In this document: positions 55,731 to 64,000 of the stretch, piece after piece | How positions within the stretch are numbered: the first letter of the stretch is position 1 | Layout of the letters: every line of letters begins with the position of its first letter | Assembly (NCBI GenBank): GCA_963825055.1 | Contig: CAWGSK010000030.1 | Span: forward strand, 1 to 64,000 | Length of the DNA stretch: 64,000 nt | Source: an uncultured Gemmatimonadales bacterium | GTDB lineage: Bacteria > Gemmatimonadota > Gemmatimonadetes > Gemmatimonadales > GWC2-71-9 | Reading direction: 5' to 3' | Notes under the pieces: generated by a model | The model's input: the letters and a program-made list of their open reading frames with translations, nothing else | What the model was told of the DNA's origin: nothing | Database searches by the model: none | Translations under genes and position numbers: made by a program

Positions 55731-58316
55731 GCGCACCACCCCCTCGGCCCTCCGCCCATCTCCCAGTATCTCCCCCGCCACCCGCTGGACGTCGCCCCGC
55801 GTCACTGATCGATAGCCCGCGGCCGGGTCCTGCAGGTCACGAAGGCCGGTGCCGATCAGCCACGCCTCGAGTATCTCACCCAGGACAGCCGATCCGCTCT
55901 GGCGGCTGACCAGCGCCTGTCCGGCCAGGTACTCCACGGCGCGCTCAAGCTCCTTCTCCTCGACCGGTTCCCGGATGAACCGGTCGAGCTCAGCCAGCAT
56001 CGCATCTCGTGCTTCGGCTTCGCGTGACGGCGCCATGGCGATGTAGGTCAGGAAAGCCCCGGCCCCGCCTCGCTGCCACGACGACGCAAGGACGGTATAG
56101 GCCAGGCTGCGCCGATCGCGGAGAGCCTCGAACAGCCTGCCTCCCAGTCCACTGGCGATCGCGCTCAATACCTCGGCGGTATGCCTGTCCGCCGCACGCC
56201 GGGACGGACCGGGGAAAATCATCGCCAGGGCAGTCTGCGCCCTGGCCCGTTCCTTCACGTCCTGAAGCACGCCCGTCATTCCCATCGTCTGCGCGAGGCC
56301 GCCCTCACTCGCCGGAGTCTCCGGGAGATCCGCGACGACGCCGGCCAGCGTCTCCATCATCTGCCCGGGCTCCAGGTCGCCGACCGCCACCAGGACCGGA
56401 CGCGCAGCCCGGGAGCTACGATGCCAGTCGCGCAGGTCCTCCACACCGATCCCCATCAGGGTATCGGGAAGGCCATGCACCGGGAGACCGTAGCCCTGGT
56501 CGCCAAACGCCGCCCGGAATCCGAGAAGCAGCGGATAACGGACCATGTCGTTCTCGACCTGCCGCGCCTCTTCAACCAGGAGCGAGCGTTCACGCGCCAC
56601 ATCCTCGTCCCGGTACTCGGGCGTTGCCTCCACGGCCGCCAGCAGCGATGCCGCCTCGGCCATCCGGTCGCTGCGCACGGTGACGGCAAAACCGGTCCAG
56701 TCGGCGGCAGCCGAGGTGCCCAGCGCACCACCGAGCCGTTCGAAGGCGAAGGCAAGTTCCGCGGCATCCCGGCCGGCTGCCCCACGCACGGCCGCGCGCG
56801 CCGCAAGTGCGGCAAGCCCCGCCTTCGCGGGCGGGTCCGCCAGAAGGCGGCGGCGGTAGAACCCCATCGTGACCAGGGGAACGCCGGCCTTTTGCCGCAC
56901 AAGGAGGTCCGCCGCGGGAAGCTCGGCGTGCAGTACGCCGGATTTCATGGACGACCGGACGGAGCGTGAAACAACCGTCTCCGGTGGCCGAGGTACCTGG
57001 TCCGTCACAACCGGCAACGCGACCACCGCCAGCGCACGCTCGACCGCCTCGACCGTGAGGTCGTCGCCGCGGCCTTCGGGGAGATGGACGACGGCACTGA
57101 TGGTTCCCGGATCGAGATATCGCAGCGCCGCCTCGCGGACCTCCTCGGCGGTCACCCGTCCGAGCGCTTCATAGGCGCGATCCAGGTAGGCGACATCCTG
57201 CAGCGCCTCAGCGGAGGCGAGCGCACTCGCCCGGCCATCCATCGATTCCAGCTGGCGCGCCCAGCGCGTCAGGAGGAGTGCGCGCGCACGCTCCATGTCG
57301 CCGGGGCGCGGACCGGACATGGCCAGCCGCGAAACCCCCTCGGCGATTCCGGTCAGGACAGCGGGGATCCGCTCCGGTTCCGTCTCCGCCGTGATGCTGA
57401 AGACACCGAGCTCAGTCGGGGTGTAGTGGTGGCACCCGACCGACGTGACCAGCCCTGTCGTCCGGAGCCCCTGGTAGAGCCAGCTCCCCCGGCCCAGTCC
57501 CAGCACGGCAGCGACGAGATCGAGCGCGGGAGCGTCGGGATGCAGCGGTGGCACGCCACGCCAGCCCAGGGCGAGCTGGGCCCCGACAATATCACCGCGG
57601 AGCGTCCGTACGTGGACGCCGTCCCGGGCAGGCTCCCCTGGCGATGGCGCGATCACGCCCGCTTCCGCGGACCAGTCGCCGTAAGCCTCATGCGCCAGCC
57701 GGACCGCTGCCGCCACGTCGATATCACCCACGATCGCCACGATGGTCCGTGACGGGACGTAGCGCGACGTGTAATACCCCCACACGTCTTCGCGTGTCAG
57801 CCGGGAGAGTTCCTCCTCGGTACCGATTCTCCAGCGCCGGATCCGGTGCCGGTCGTACATGACTTCATGGAGTGTTTCCCAGGTCACCGCCGCAGGCGAG
57901 TCCTTCTTCCGTCGGGCTTCCTGGATAATCACCTGGAGTTCGCGGGCCAGCTCACCTTCATCGACCACCGAGTGGCGCAGGGCGTCCGACTGGATGTCCA
58001 GCGCCGTCTCCAGCCGGTCGGCGGGCAGTACCACGTAGTAGGAAGTGTGATCGTAGCCGGTACCGGCGTTGAGATACCCACCTGCCGCCTTGGTTTCCCG
58101 CGCAATGTCCCCGACTCCGCGGCGCCGGGTTCCCTTGAAGAACATGTGTTCCAGCACGTGCGAGATCCCGACCCATTGATCGGGCTCGTCGAAAAAACCG
58201 GCCTCGACGTGGGTCACCACGGCCGCGGCCGGCGCAGAGGGGTCGCGCTGGACCAGGAGCCGCAGCCCGTTGGGCAGGACCTCGCGGTGAACGGTGTCCG
58301 TCCAGGTCTGGCTCAT
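55683..58316 (-). CDS. M16 (pitrilysin) family zinc protease, two-module
   Basis: GISHVLEHMFFKGT (HxxEH), GGYLNAGT, RLFEALRDRRSLAY; ATG 58316 overlaps upstream stop. Confidence 0.93.
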   Translation of the reverse strand: MSQTWTDTVHREVLPNGLRLLVQRDPSAPAAAVVTHVEAGFFDEPDQWVGISHVLEHMFFKGTRRRGVGDIARETKAAGGYLNAGTGYDHTSYYVVLPADRLETALDIQSDALRHSVVDEGELARELQVIIQEARRKKDSPAAVTWETLHEVMYDRHRIRRWRIGTEEELSRLTREDVWGYYTSRYVPSRTIVAIVGDIDVAAAVRLAHEAYGDWSAEAGVIAPSPGEPARDGVHVRTLRGDIVGAQLALGWRGVPPLHPDAPALDLVAAVLGLGRGSWLYQGLRTTGLVTSVGCHHYTPTELGVFSITAETEPERIPAVLTGIAEGVSRLAMSGPRPGDMERARALLLTRWARQLESMDGRASALASAEALQDVAYLDRAYEALGRVTAEEVREAALRYLDPGTISAVVHLPEGRGDDLTVEAVERALAVVALPVVTDQVPRPPETVVSRSVRSSMKSGVLHAELPAADLLVRQKAGVPLVTMGFYRRRLLADPPAKAGLAALAARAAVRGAAGRDAAELAFAFERLGGALGTSAAADWTGFAVTVRSDRMAEAASLLAAVEATPEYRDEDVARERSLLVEEARQVENDMVRYPLLLGFRAAFGDQGYGLPVHGLPDTLMGIGVEDLRDWHRSSRAARPVLVAVGDLEPGQMMETLAGVVADLPETPASEGGLAQTMGMTGVLQDVKERARAQTALAMIFPGPSRRAADRHTAEVLSAIASGLGGRLFEALRDRRSLAYTVLASSWQRGGAGAFLTYIAMAPSREAEARDAMLAELDRFIREPVEEKELERAVEYLAGQALVSRQSGSAVLGEILEAWLIGTGLRDLQDPAAGYRSVTRGDVQRVAGEILGDGRRAEGVVRGTDGRTGGQADPPTD

Positions 58317-59014
58317 TCGCGACCTCCAGCACCCAGGGGACGGAAGCGGAGGATCAGCAGCGCGCCCAGGACCACCCCGCCGCCGTATCCGAGGACGTGC
58401 CACAGGGCTCCCCCGGCTGGCTGTGGGCCGCCGGGCTGGGCCAGATGGAATGGCGGGAGGATGGTGGCGAGCACGCTCCAGCCGCCGGAAAGACTGCCTG
58501 TCTGGTCCAGTTTGTGGAGGACGGATTCGACGACCAGGACAAGAAAGGCGAGGGCCCAGTCGTAGCGGCTCACCGTGGAAGCCAGGAAGACCAGCCCGCC
58601 GAGCAGCAGGTACAGCATCGCCATCCCGCCGAGCAGCGCCGGATCGAGCGTGAACGGCCCGCTCGTGAGTGCGATCGCCCCATAGGCAAGCGGGACGAAG
58701 AGCACCACGGCGATGCCGCCGAGGAGCCATCGCAGCATGTAATGAGAAAGCGGCGAGACCGGCCGGTTGAAGTAGCTGCGGAAGTATCCCCGCCGGAAAT
58801 CACCGCTCACCATCTGGGCCGTGGCGATGAGCACGAACGGGAGTGAGGCCTGCTGGATGACGCTCCCGAGCAGCCGACCCGCCCCCGCCGGCGTTACCCC
58901 CGCCTTCCAGGCTCCGGCGGCCAGCAGGCCCGCGACGATCACGAACAGGGCCGCGGGTCCCATGAGCAGGTCCACCGCGAGCCACGGGACGTACCGGAGC
59001 GGGTTCCGCCTCAT
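58313..59014 (-). CDS. ABC-2-type permease-like membrane protein
   Basis: Six hydrophobic segments, GDFRRGYFRSYFNRPVS; adjacent to ABC ATPase. Confidence 0.75.
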   Translation of the reverse strand: MRRNPLRYVPWLAVDLLMGPAALFVIVAGLLAAGAWKAGVTPAGAGRLLGSVIQQASLPFVLIATAQMVSGDFRRGYFRSYFNRPVSPLSHYMLRWLLGGIAVVLFVPLAYGAIALTSGPFTLDPALLGGMAMLYLLLGGLVFLASTVSRYDWALAFLVLVVESVLHKLDQTGSLSGGWSVLATILPPFHLAQPGGPQPAGGALWHVLGYGGGVVLGALLILRFRPLGAGGRE

Positions 59015-59919
59015 GAGGACTCCCCGACGGCCCGGCGAAAGGCAGCCTCGAGGCGACCCTCCTCGGGATAGAACGCCGTCACCGTCACCCCTGCGCCAAT
59101 GAGGTGCGCGAGGGTGGCATTGAGGGCCGCGAGGTCCCCGGTAAGCCGGAACTCCACTCCGCGACTCTCCGGCAACGGCTCGGCCCCGGCCAGGGCATCG
59201 AGTGCGGGGTGAGGCGCCCGGACCACCAGCCGCCAGGCACCGGCTTCCTCATGATCCCGCGCTTCCACCACGCGCTGGAGCCTTCCATGGTGGAGGATGG
59301 CCACCCGGTCCGCCACCCGCTCGAGCTCGTCCAGGTTGTGCGACGCAATGACGATGGCGCGATCGGGATGGCGCAGTTCGCGGACGATGTCGCGAAACTC
59401 CTGCGTCCAGAGCGGGTCCAGGCCGTGCGTCGGCTCGTCCAGGATCAGAACCTCCCGCGGGGCAAGCACGGCCTGGGCGAGGCCCAGCCGCTGGAGATTG
59501 CCCTTGGAAAGCCGCCGGACCTGGCGGGTGCGGTACTCCTCGAGGCCCAGCCGGTCGGTGACATGGGCCATGCGTTCCCGCAGCTCGATTCGTCCGAGCC
59601 CGTCGAGCGTTCCATAGCGTCGGAGCGCGGAGGAGACCGTCCACCGGCCGGGGACGGCCAGCAGTTCGGGCAGGTATCCGATGCCGTGCCGTTCGACGTA
59701 GGCGCGGGGGGCGGCGCCGTCGATGGTGGCACGGCCGGCGCTGGGGCGCAGGTAGCCGAGAAGGAGAGACAGGAGGGTGGACTTGCCGGCCCCGTTCGGG
59801 CCGGCGATGCCCACTACCTCACCCCGTTCTATCGTGAGGGAGACCTCGTCCAGCGCCTGCACCCGCCGTCGCCGCAGTGGAGAGACGTAGGCCTTGGACA
59901 GGCCCTCCAGCACGATCAT
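59011..59919 (-). CDS. ABC transporter ATP-binding protein
   Basis: GPNGAGKST, LSKGNLQR, ILDEPTHGLD, SHNL. Confidence 0.92.
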   Translation of the reverse strand: MIVLEGLSKAYVSPLRRRRVQALDEVSLTIERGEVVGIAGPNGAGKSTLLSLLLGYLRPSAGRATIDGAAPRAYVERHGIGYLPELLAVPGRWTVSSALRRYGTLDGLGRIELRERMAHVTDRLGLEEYRTRQVRRLSKGNLQRLGLAQAVLAPREVLILDEPTHGLDPLWTQEFRDIVRELRHPDRAIVIASHNLDELERVADRVAILHHGRLQRVVEARDHEEAGAWRLVVRAPHPALDALAGAEPLPESRGVEFRLTGDLAALNATLAHLIGAGVTVTAFYPEEGRLEAAFRRAVGESS

Positions 59920-61034
59920 TGAATGATACGGACGATGCCGGCCTGGGCGCTGGCCCTGAGGAAGGCCTCCGGGTCGGAGGTGGGAATGATGACGCCGGTC
60001 TCGGCGCGGCCGCGCTCGGCCTGGGACAGCATGTACTCGTTCAGCGTCGCGTGGGCCCACTCGCGGTCAGCGAACTTGAGCTGCCAGAGGATTTCCTCCC
60101 AGGTGCCGTTGTACGTCTGGCCGGACAGCGTGGCAACCTGGTGCGGCTCCGATGCGCCCGGCCGCCGCTGCATGGCGTGCAGCTCGGCCATGAGGGTGCC
60201 GAACAGTTCGAGCTGGTTGGGGTCGCGCACCGAGCCGTCAGCCTGCTGCGCTTCCACTTCGGCCAGCAGCAGGTCCACGCTGTCCGGCTCTCCCGCGATC
60301 TCGCCGAGACGCGCCAGCCACGGCACCAGCTCGGGGTCCTCATCCGGCAGGCGGTAGGTGGCCTTCCGCAGCTCGATGCAGCGCCACAGCCCGAGTTCCT
60401 CGTAGTGATCCTCGGGCGAAGTCCGGTCGAGGTGATACAATGCCGCCTCGGACTCCCCGCGGTCGTACAGGAGGTTGGCCAGGTAGATCCGGGCGTCGCT
60501 GTGATCGGGATCCAGCTCCAGGGCGCGGCGCAGCCAGTACATCGCCTGGTCCTCCTGCCCCAGCCGGTGCGTCGCGTATCCGGTGCAGGCCGCGGCCTCG
60601 GGTGACTCAGGCTGGGCGGCTACCGCCAGTTCGAAGTAGCGGTGAGCGTGCAGCAGGAGCCCGTCACGGAACAGGGCCCGGCCCACCTGCAGCATCAGGT
60701 CGTGGTCATCCTGGAACCCAAGCGCGAGGATCTGCTCGAAGACGGCCAGGCCGCCGGCCTCGTCCCCGATCTTGAGCAGGACTTCCCCGAGACCTGCGAG
60801 CCCATCCTCGTGGTCCGGTTCCAGCGACAGCGCCGACTCGAATCCGCGGCGTGCCCAGGCATACTCCTCCCGCGCCAGCCACGCGTAGGCGCGACCGATG
60901 TGGAGTTCGACTGCCTGGGGGTAGAGCGCGAGACCTTCGTTGAGGAGGGTGAGTGCGTCGTCGTAACGACCGTCGCTGTAGAGTTGATGTGCCTGTTCGT
61001 CGTAATCGTCGGAACTCAGGAAGCGATCCGACAT
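59916..61034 (-). CDS. Tetratricopeptide-repeat protein
   Basis: Repeated A..L.P / G..LG TPR patterns; GGAGG RBS. Confidence 0.85.
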   Translation of the reverse strand: MSDRFLSSDDYDEQAHQLYSDGRYDDALTLLNEGLALYPQAVELHIGRAYAWLAREEYAWARRGFESALSLEPDHEDGLAGLGEVLLKIGDEAGGLAVFEQILALGFQDDHDLMLQVGRALFRDGLLLHAHRYFELAVAAQPESPEAAACTGYATHRLGQEDQAMYWLRRALELDPDHSDARIYLANLLYDRGESEAALYHLDRTSPEDHYEELGLWRCIELRKATYRLPDEDPELVPWLARLGEIAGEPDSVDLLLAEVEAQQADGSVRDPNQLELFGTLMAELHAMQRRPGASEPHQVATLSGQTYNGTWEEILWQLKFADREWAHATLNEYMLSQAERGRAETGVIIPTSDPEAFLRASAQAGIVRIIQ

Positions 61035-61109
61035 CGGCAGGGCCTCCAGGGAGGTGATGCAGTAAGGTAGAGTTTCGCGTGAAGCCGAGCAAGAGAGGAA
61101 AAGACCGTT

Positions 61110-61580
61110 CTACTTCACCCGCGTCTCCCCGAGGCCCAGTTGGCGGAGCAGGGCGCGCAACTCGTCCTGCTCGCGCGCGGACAGGACGGCAAACCGGCGC
61201 GCAATCCCCTGCGCGTGACGGGGGAAGGCCTGGTCCATGAGTCCTTTACCCCGTGGGGTCAGGCGGGCGTAGACGACCCGGCGGTCCGTGTCGCACCGTT
61301 CCCGTTCCACCCATCCCGCGGCCTCGAGATTGTCCACTACATAGGTGACGTTCCCGCTGCTTACGAGCAGTTTCTGGCCGATCTCGCTCAGCGGCAGCGG
61401 GCCAACGTGATACAGCGCCTCCAGCAGCGCAAACTGCGGCAGCGTGAGGCCATCCTCCCGCGCCAGTTGCTCTGCCGTCCTCTGGACCGAGCTGAAGCAG
61501 CGGGCCAGGGCAACCCAGCAGCGCAGCGCACGCTGTTCCGCCGCGGGACGCGGCGGACGGTCCGGAGGGCGCTCCTTCAT
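61110..61580 (-). CDS. MarR-family transcriptional regulator
   Basis: GLTLPQFALLEAL, SGNVTYVVDNLE..GWVER..DRR..LTPRG. Confidence 0.92.
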   Translation of the reverse strand: MKERPPDRPPRPAAEQRALRCWVALARCFSSVQRTAEQLAREDGLTLPQFALLEALYHVGPLPLSEIGQKLLVSSGNVTYVVDNLEAAGWVERERCDTDRRVVYARLTPRGKGLMDQAFPRHAQGIARRFAVLSAREQDELRALLRQLGLGETRVK

Positions 61581-61594
61581 GCCCGCCACGGCTC

Positions 61595-63223
61595 CTATTC
61601 TTCCGTCATGTACGGATAACGGTAGTCGACCGGCGGCTCGAAGGTCTCCTTGATGACCCTGGGCGACACCCAGCGTACGAGGTTGAGCGGCGAGCCGGCC
61701 TTGTCGTTGGTCCCGCTGGCGCGCGCGCCCCCGAAGGGCTGCTGGCCCACCACGGCGCCGGTCGGCTTGTCATTGATGTAGAAGTTGCCGGCCGCGTTCC
61801 GGAGGGCGTGGTCCGCCTCCCGGATGGCGGATCGATCGCGGGCGAAGACCGCGCCCGTCAGGGCGTACGGCGAGGTGCTGTCCACCAGTTCCAGCGTTTC
61901 AGTCCACTTCGCGTCCGGGTAGACGTGCAGTGTCAGTACCGGCCCGAACAGCTCCTCGCACATTGTCCGGTACTTCGGGTCCTCCGCCACGATGACCGTC
62001 GGCTCCACGAAGTATCCCTTCGAGTCGTCGCACCCGCCACCGGTCAGGATGGAAGCACCAGACCCCTTCCCGACCGCGTCGATGTGGCCCTTCAGCCGGT
62101 TGAAGGCCTTCTGGTCGATCACGGCCCCCATGAAGTTGCGGAAGTCGGCGATGTCGCCCATCCCCAGTTCCTCCACTTGCGCAACCAGTCGCTCCCGAAC
62201 CCCGGTCCACAGCGACTGGGGAATGTAGGCCCGGGACGCGGCACTGCATTTCTGCCCCTGGTACTCGAACGCCCCCCGCACCAGGGCGGTGGCCAGTTCG
62301 TCCACGCCGCTGCTCGCGTGGGCCACGATGAAGTCCTTGCCGCCGGTCTCGCCCACCAGCCGTGGATAGGAGGCGTAGGACTCCAGGTTCTGCGCGACGG
62401 TCCGCCAGAGCAGCTGGAACACTGCCGTGGAGCCCGTGAAGTGGATCCCGGCGAGGGTCCGGTCGCCCAGGAGGAGCTCGGTGACGTCTCCCGAGGGACC
62501 GGGCAGGAAGTTGATGACGCCCGGCGGCATGCCGGCCGCCTCGAGCATCCGCATCATGTAATAGTTGCTGAGGGCCGCCGTACCCGAGGGCTTCCAGATG
62601 ACGGAGTTCCCCATCAGCGCGGGGGAAGTCGGGAGGTTGCCGCCGATGGAAGTGAAGTTGAACGGCGTGATCGCGTAGACGAAGCCCTCGAGCGGGCGGT
62701 GGTCCATCCGGTTCCACATCCCCGGCATGGAGGACGGCTGTTCCTCGTAAACGCCACGTGCGAAGTGCACGTTGAAACGGAGGAAATCAATCATCTCGCA
62801 CGCGGCGTCGATCTCCGCCTGGTGCGCCGTCTTGCTCTGGCCGAGCATGGTGCTGGCGTTGAGTCGCTGGCGCCAGGAGCCGGCGAGGAGGTCTCCTGCC
62901 CGGAGAAAGACTGCCGCACGGTCCTCAAAGGACCACGATGCCCACTCACGGCGGGCTTCGTTGGCCGCCGCAATGGCCCGGCCGATGGTGGCACGGTCGG
63001 CCTGGTGCACCCGGGCCAGGACGTGGCCATGGTCGTGCGGGGCAACGACATCGTGGAGGTCGCCCGTGCGCACTTCCTCCCCGCCGATGATGCAGGGAAT
63101 GTCGGCGATCTCGCCGCTCATGTGGCGGAGTTCGGCCTTGAGTGCGTCACGCGCCGTGGTACCTGGCGCATAGGAGAGCACGGGTTCGTTGTGCGGGACG
63201 GGAACGGCTGGTATGGCACTCAT
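61595..63223 (-). CDS. pruA: Delta-1-pyrroline-5-carboxylate (L-glutamate gamma-semialdehyde) dehydrogenase
   Basis: NEPVLSYAPG, QAEIDAACE, PFNFT, FTGST, GETGGKDF, FEYQGQKCSA, GNFYINDKPTGAVVGQQPFGG. Confidence 0.95.
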   Translation of the reverse strand: MSAIPAVPVPHNEPVLSYAPGTTARDALKAELRHMSGEIADIPCIIGGEEVRTGDLHDVVAPHDHGHVLARVHQADRATIGRAIAAANEARREWASWSFEDRAAVFLRAGDLLAGSWRQRLNASTMLGQSKTAHQAEIDAACEMIDFLRFNVHFARGVYEEQPSSMPGMWNRMDHRPLEGFVYAITPFNFTSIGGNLPTSPALMGNSVIWKPSGTAALSNYYMMRMLEAAGMPPGVINFLPGPSGDVTELLLGDRTLAGIHFTGSTAVFQLLWRTVAQNLESYASYPRLVGETGGKDFIVAHASSGVDELATALVRGAFEYQGQKCSAASRAYIPQSLWTGVRERLVAQVEELGMGDIADFRNFMGAVIDQKAFNRLKGHIDAVGKGSGASILTGGGCDDSKGYFVEPTVIVAEDPKYRTMCEELFGPVLTLHVYPDAKWTETLELVDSTSPYALTGAVFARDRSAIREADHALRNAAGNFYINDKPTGAVVGQQPFGGARASGTNDKAGSPLNLVRWVSPRVIKETFEPPVDYRYPYMTEE

Positions 63224-63299
63224 GTGGACACAGGGAAAGGGAACAGGCAACAGGAACCGGATGCCGCCGGCCAGGGGCGACGGCGTTGAGAATAATAAG

Positions 63300-64000
63300 C
63301 TATGGGCGGGGGGATTCCGGCGCGCCCTCCCCGCGGTCGCCACGGATCTCGGGCGTGATGGGCGTGAGGCCCGAGGCACGCACGATGGCCTGCCCCGAAT
63401 CGGAGAAGACAAAATCCACGAACTCGCGAGCGAGGGCCGGGTGGGCGGCCGAGTCGGGAATGGTGAGGGCGTACACGATGGGCTCCCCGCGGAACGTGAG
63501 GGAATCGCGGTCTCCCGGGCCGGGCAGCCGCACCACTGCGTGGGCGTAGTACTCAGCCTTCGAGGGGTCGCTCAGGTTCACCGCGGGGGGCAGGGACACC
63601 GAGGGGAGGCCGGTCGCATGCGCAATGGAAGCATAGGAGAATGCGTAGTCCAGCTCGCCCGTTTCCACCAGCGCGGTCAGGTCCGACTCCTTGGGGCGGA
63701 TGTAGCGTTCCGGCACCGCGGCACGCAGGCGGGCGGCAAGGCCGGGCTGATGATAATACGACTCCGCGAGCTGGAAGACCATCAGGGTACGGTATCCGTT
63801 GGGATCAAGGGCGGGGTTGGAGTGTCCCACCCGGACGTCGGGTCGCAGGAGCACCTGCCACCAGTTGTCGCCGTTGATGTCGGAGGCGCCCCGCGCATCC
63901 GGGGCATGCAGGAGGACCATGCTGTTCGTCGCGAAGAGCGCGTACCACGATGCGTGTGCCGGCACCAGCAGGGTCGGCATGATCTGGTAGTCGGCGACAC
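63300..64000 (-). CDS. wtpA: Tungstate/molybdate ABC transporter substrate-binding protein, WtpA type (5' end outside window)
   Basis: ADYQI, FATNSMVL, SNPALDPNGYRT, RPKESDL, GELDYAF, GEPIVYALTIP. Confidence 0.8.
   Translation of the reverse strand, partial: VADYQIMPTLLVPAHASWYALFATNSMVLLHAPDARGASDINGDNWWQVLLRPDVRVGHSNPALDPNGYRTLMVFQLAESYYHQPGLAARLRAAVPERYIRPKESDLTALVETGELDYAFSYASIAHATGLPSVSLPPAVNLSDPSKAEYYAHAVVRLPGPGDRDSLTFRGEPIVYALTIPDSAAHPALAREFVDFVFSDSGQAIVRASGLTPITPEIRGDRGEGAPESPRP

Overview
High-GC, gene-dense bacterial chromosomal segment. Gene content (SprA, PorV, GWxTD protein, many carboxypeptidase-regulatory-domain TonB receptors, CtaA-CtaB fusion) suggests an FCB-superphylum organism outside Bacteroidota, most plausibly Gemmatimonadota (inference). 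Left to right: pilC(partial)-pilT-pilB, comEA, a glutaminyl-cyclase-like M28 lipoprotein and sprA (all minus); lptFG; a TonB-dependent receptor; an APC permease; a heme A/heme O synthase fusion; an ABC exporter split by a homopolymer frameshift; a 5-gene minus-strand envelope cassette (TonB-type barrel, large secreted protein with T9SS-like C-terminal domain, PorV-family barrel, GWxTD protein, Ig-repeat lipoprotein); M24 peptidase; an ECF sigma/ZAS anti-sigma-led operon ending in an orphan ketosynthase/cyclase/methyltransferase/flavoprotein cluster; aquaporin; ccmABCD; response regulator; STAS protein; acs; dsbA-VKOR-kup; small genes; M16 protease; ABC pair; TPR protein; MarR; pruA; partial wtpA. 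No rRNA, tRNA, CRISPR array or transposase was recognised. Most interesting: (1) a T9SS-like secretion module (SprA + dedicated PorV + CTD cargo + TonB barrel + GWxTD) with no PorKLMN motor genes in the window; (2) a Bacteroidota-like Q-rule (signal peptides followed by Gln) with a matching glutaminyl cyclase next to sprA; (3) an orphan single-KS type II PKS-like cluster; (4) inverted heptamer/octamer repeat elements between convergent genes. All calls come from manual motif recognition; no searches were run.
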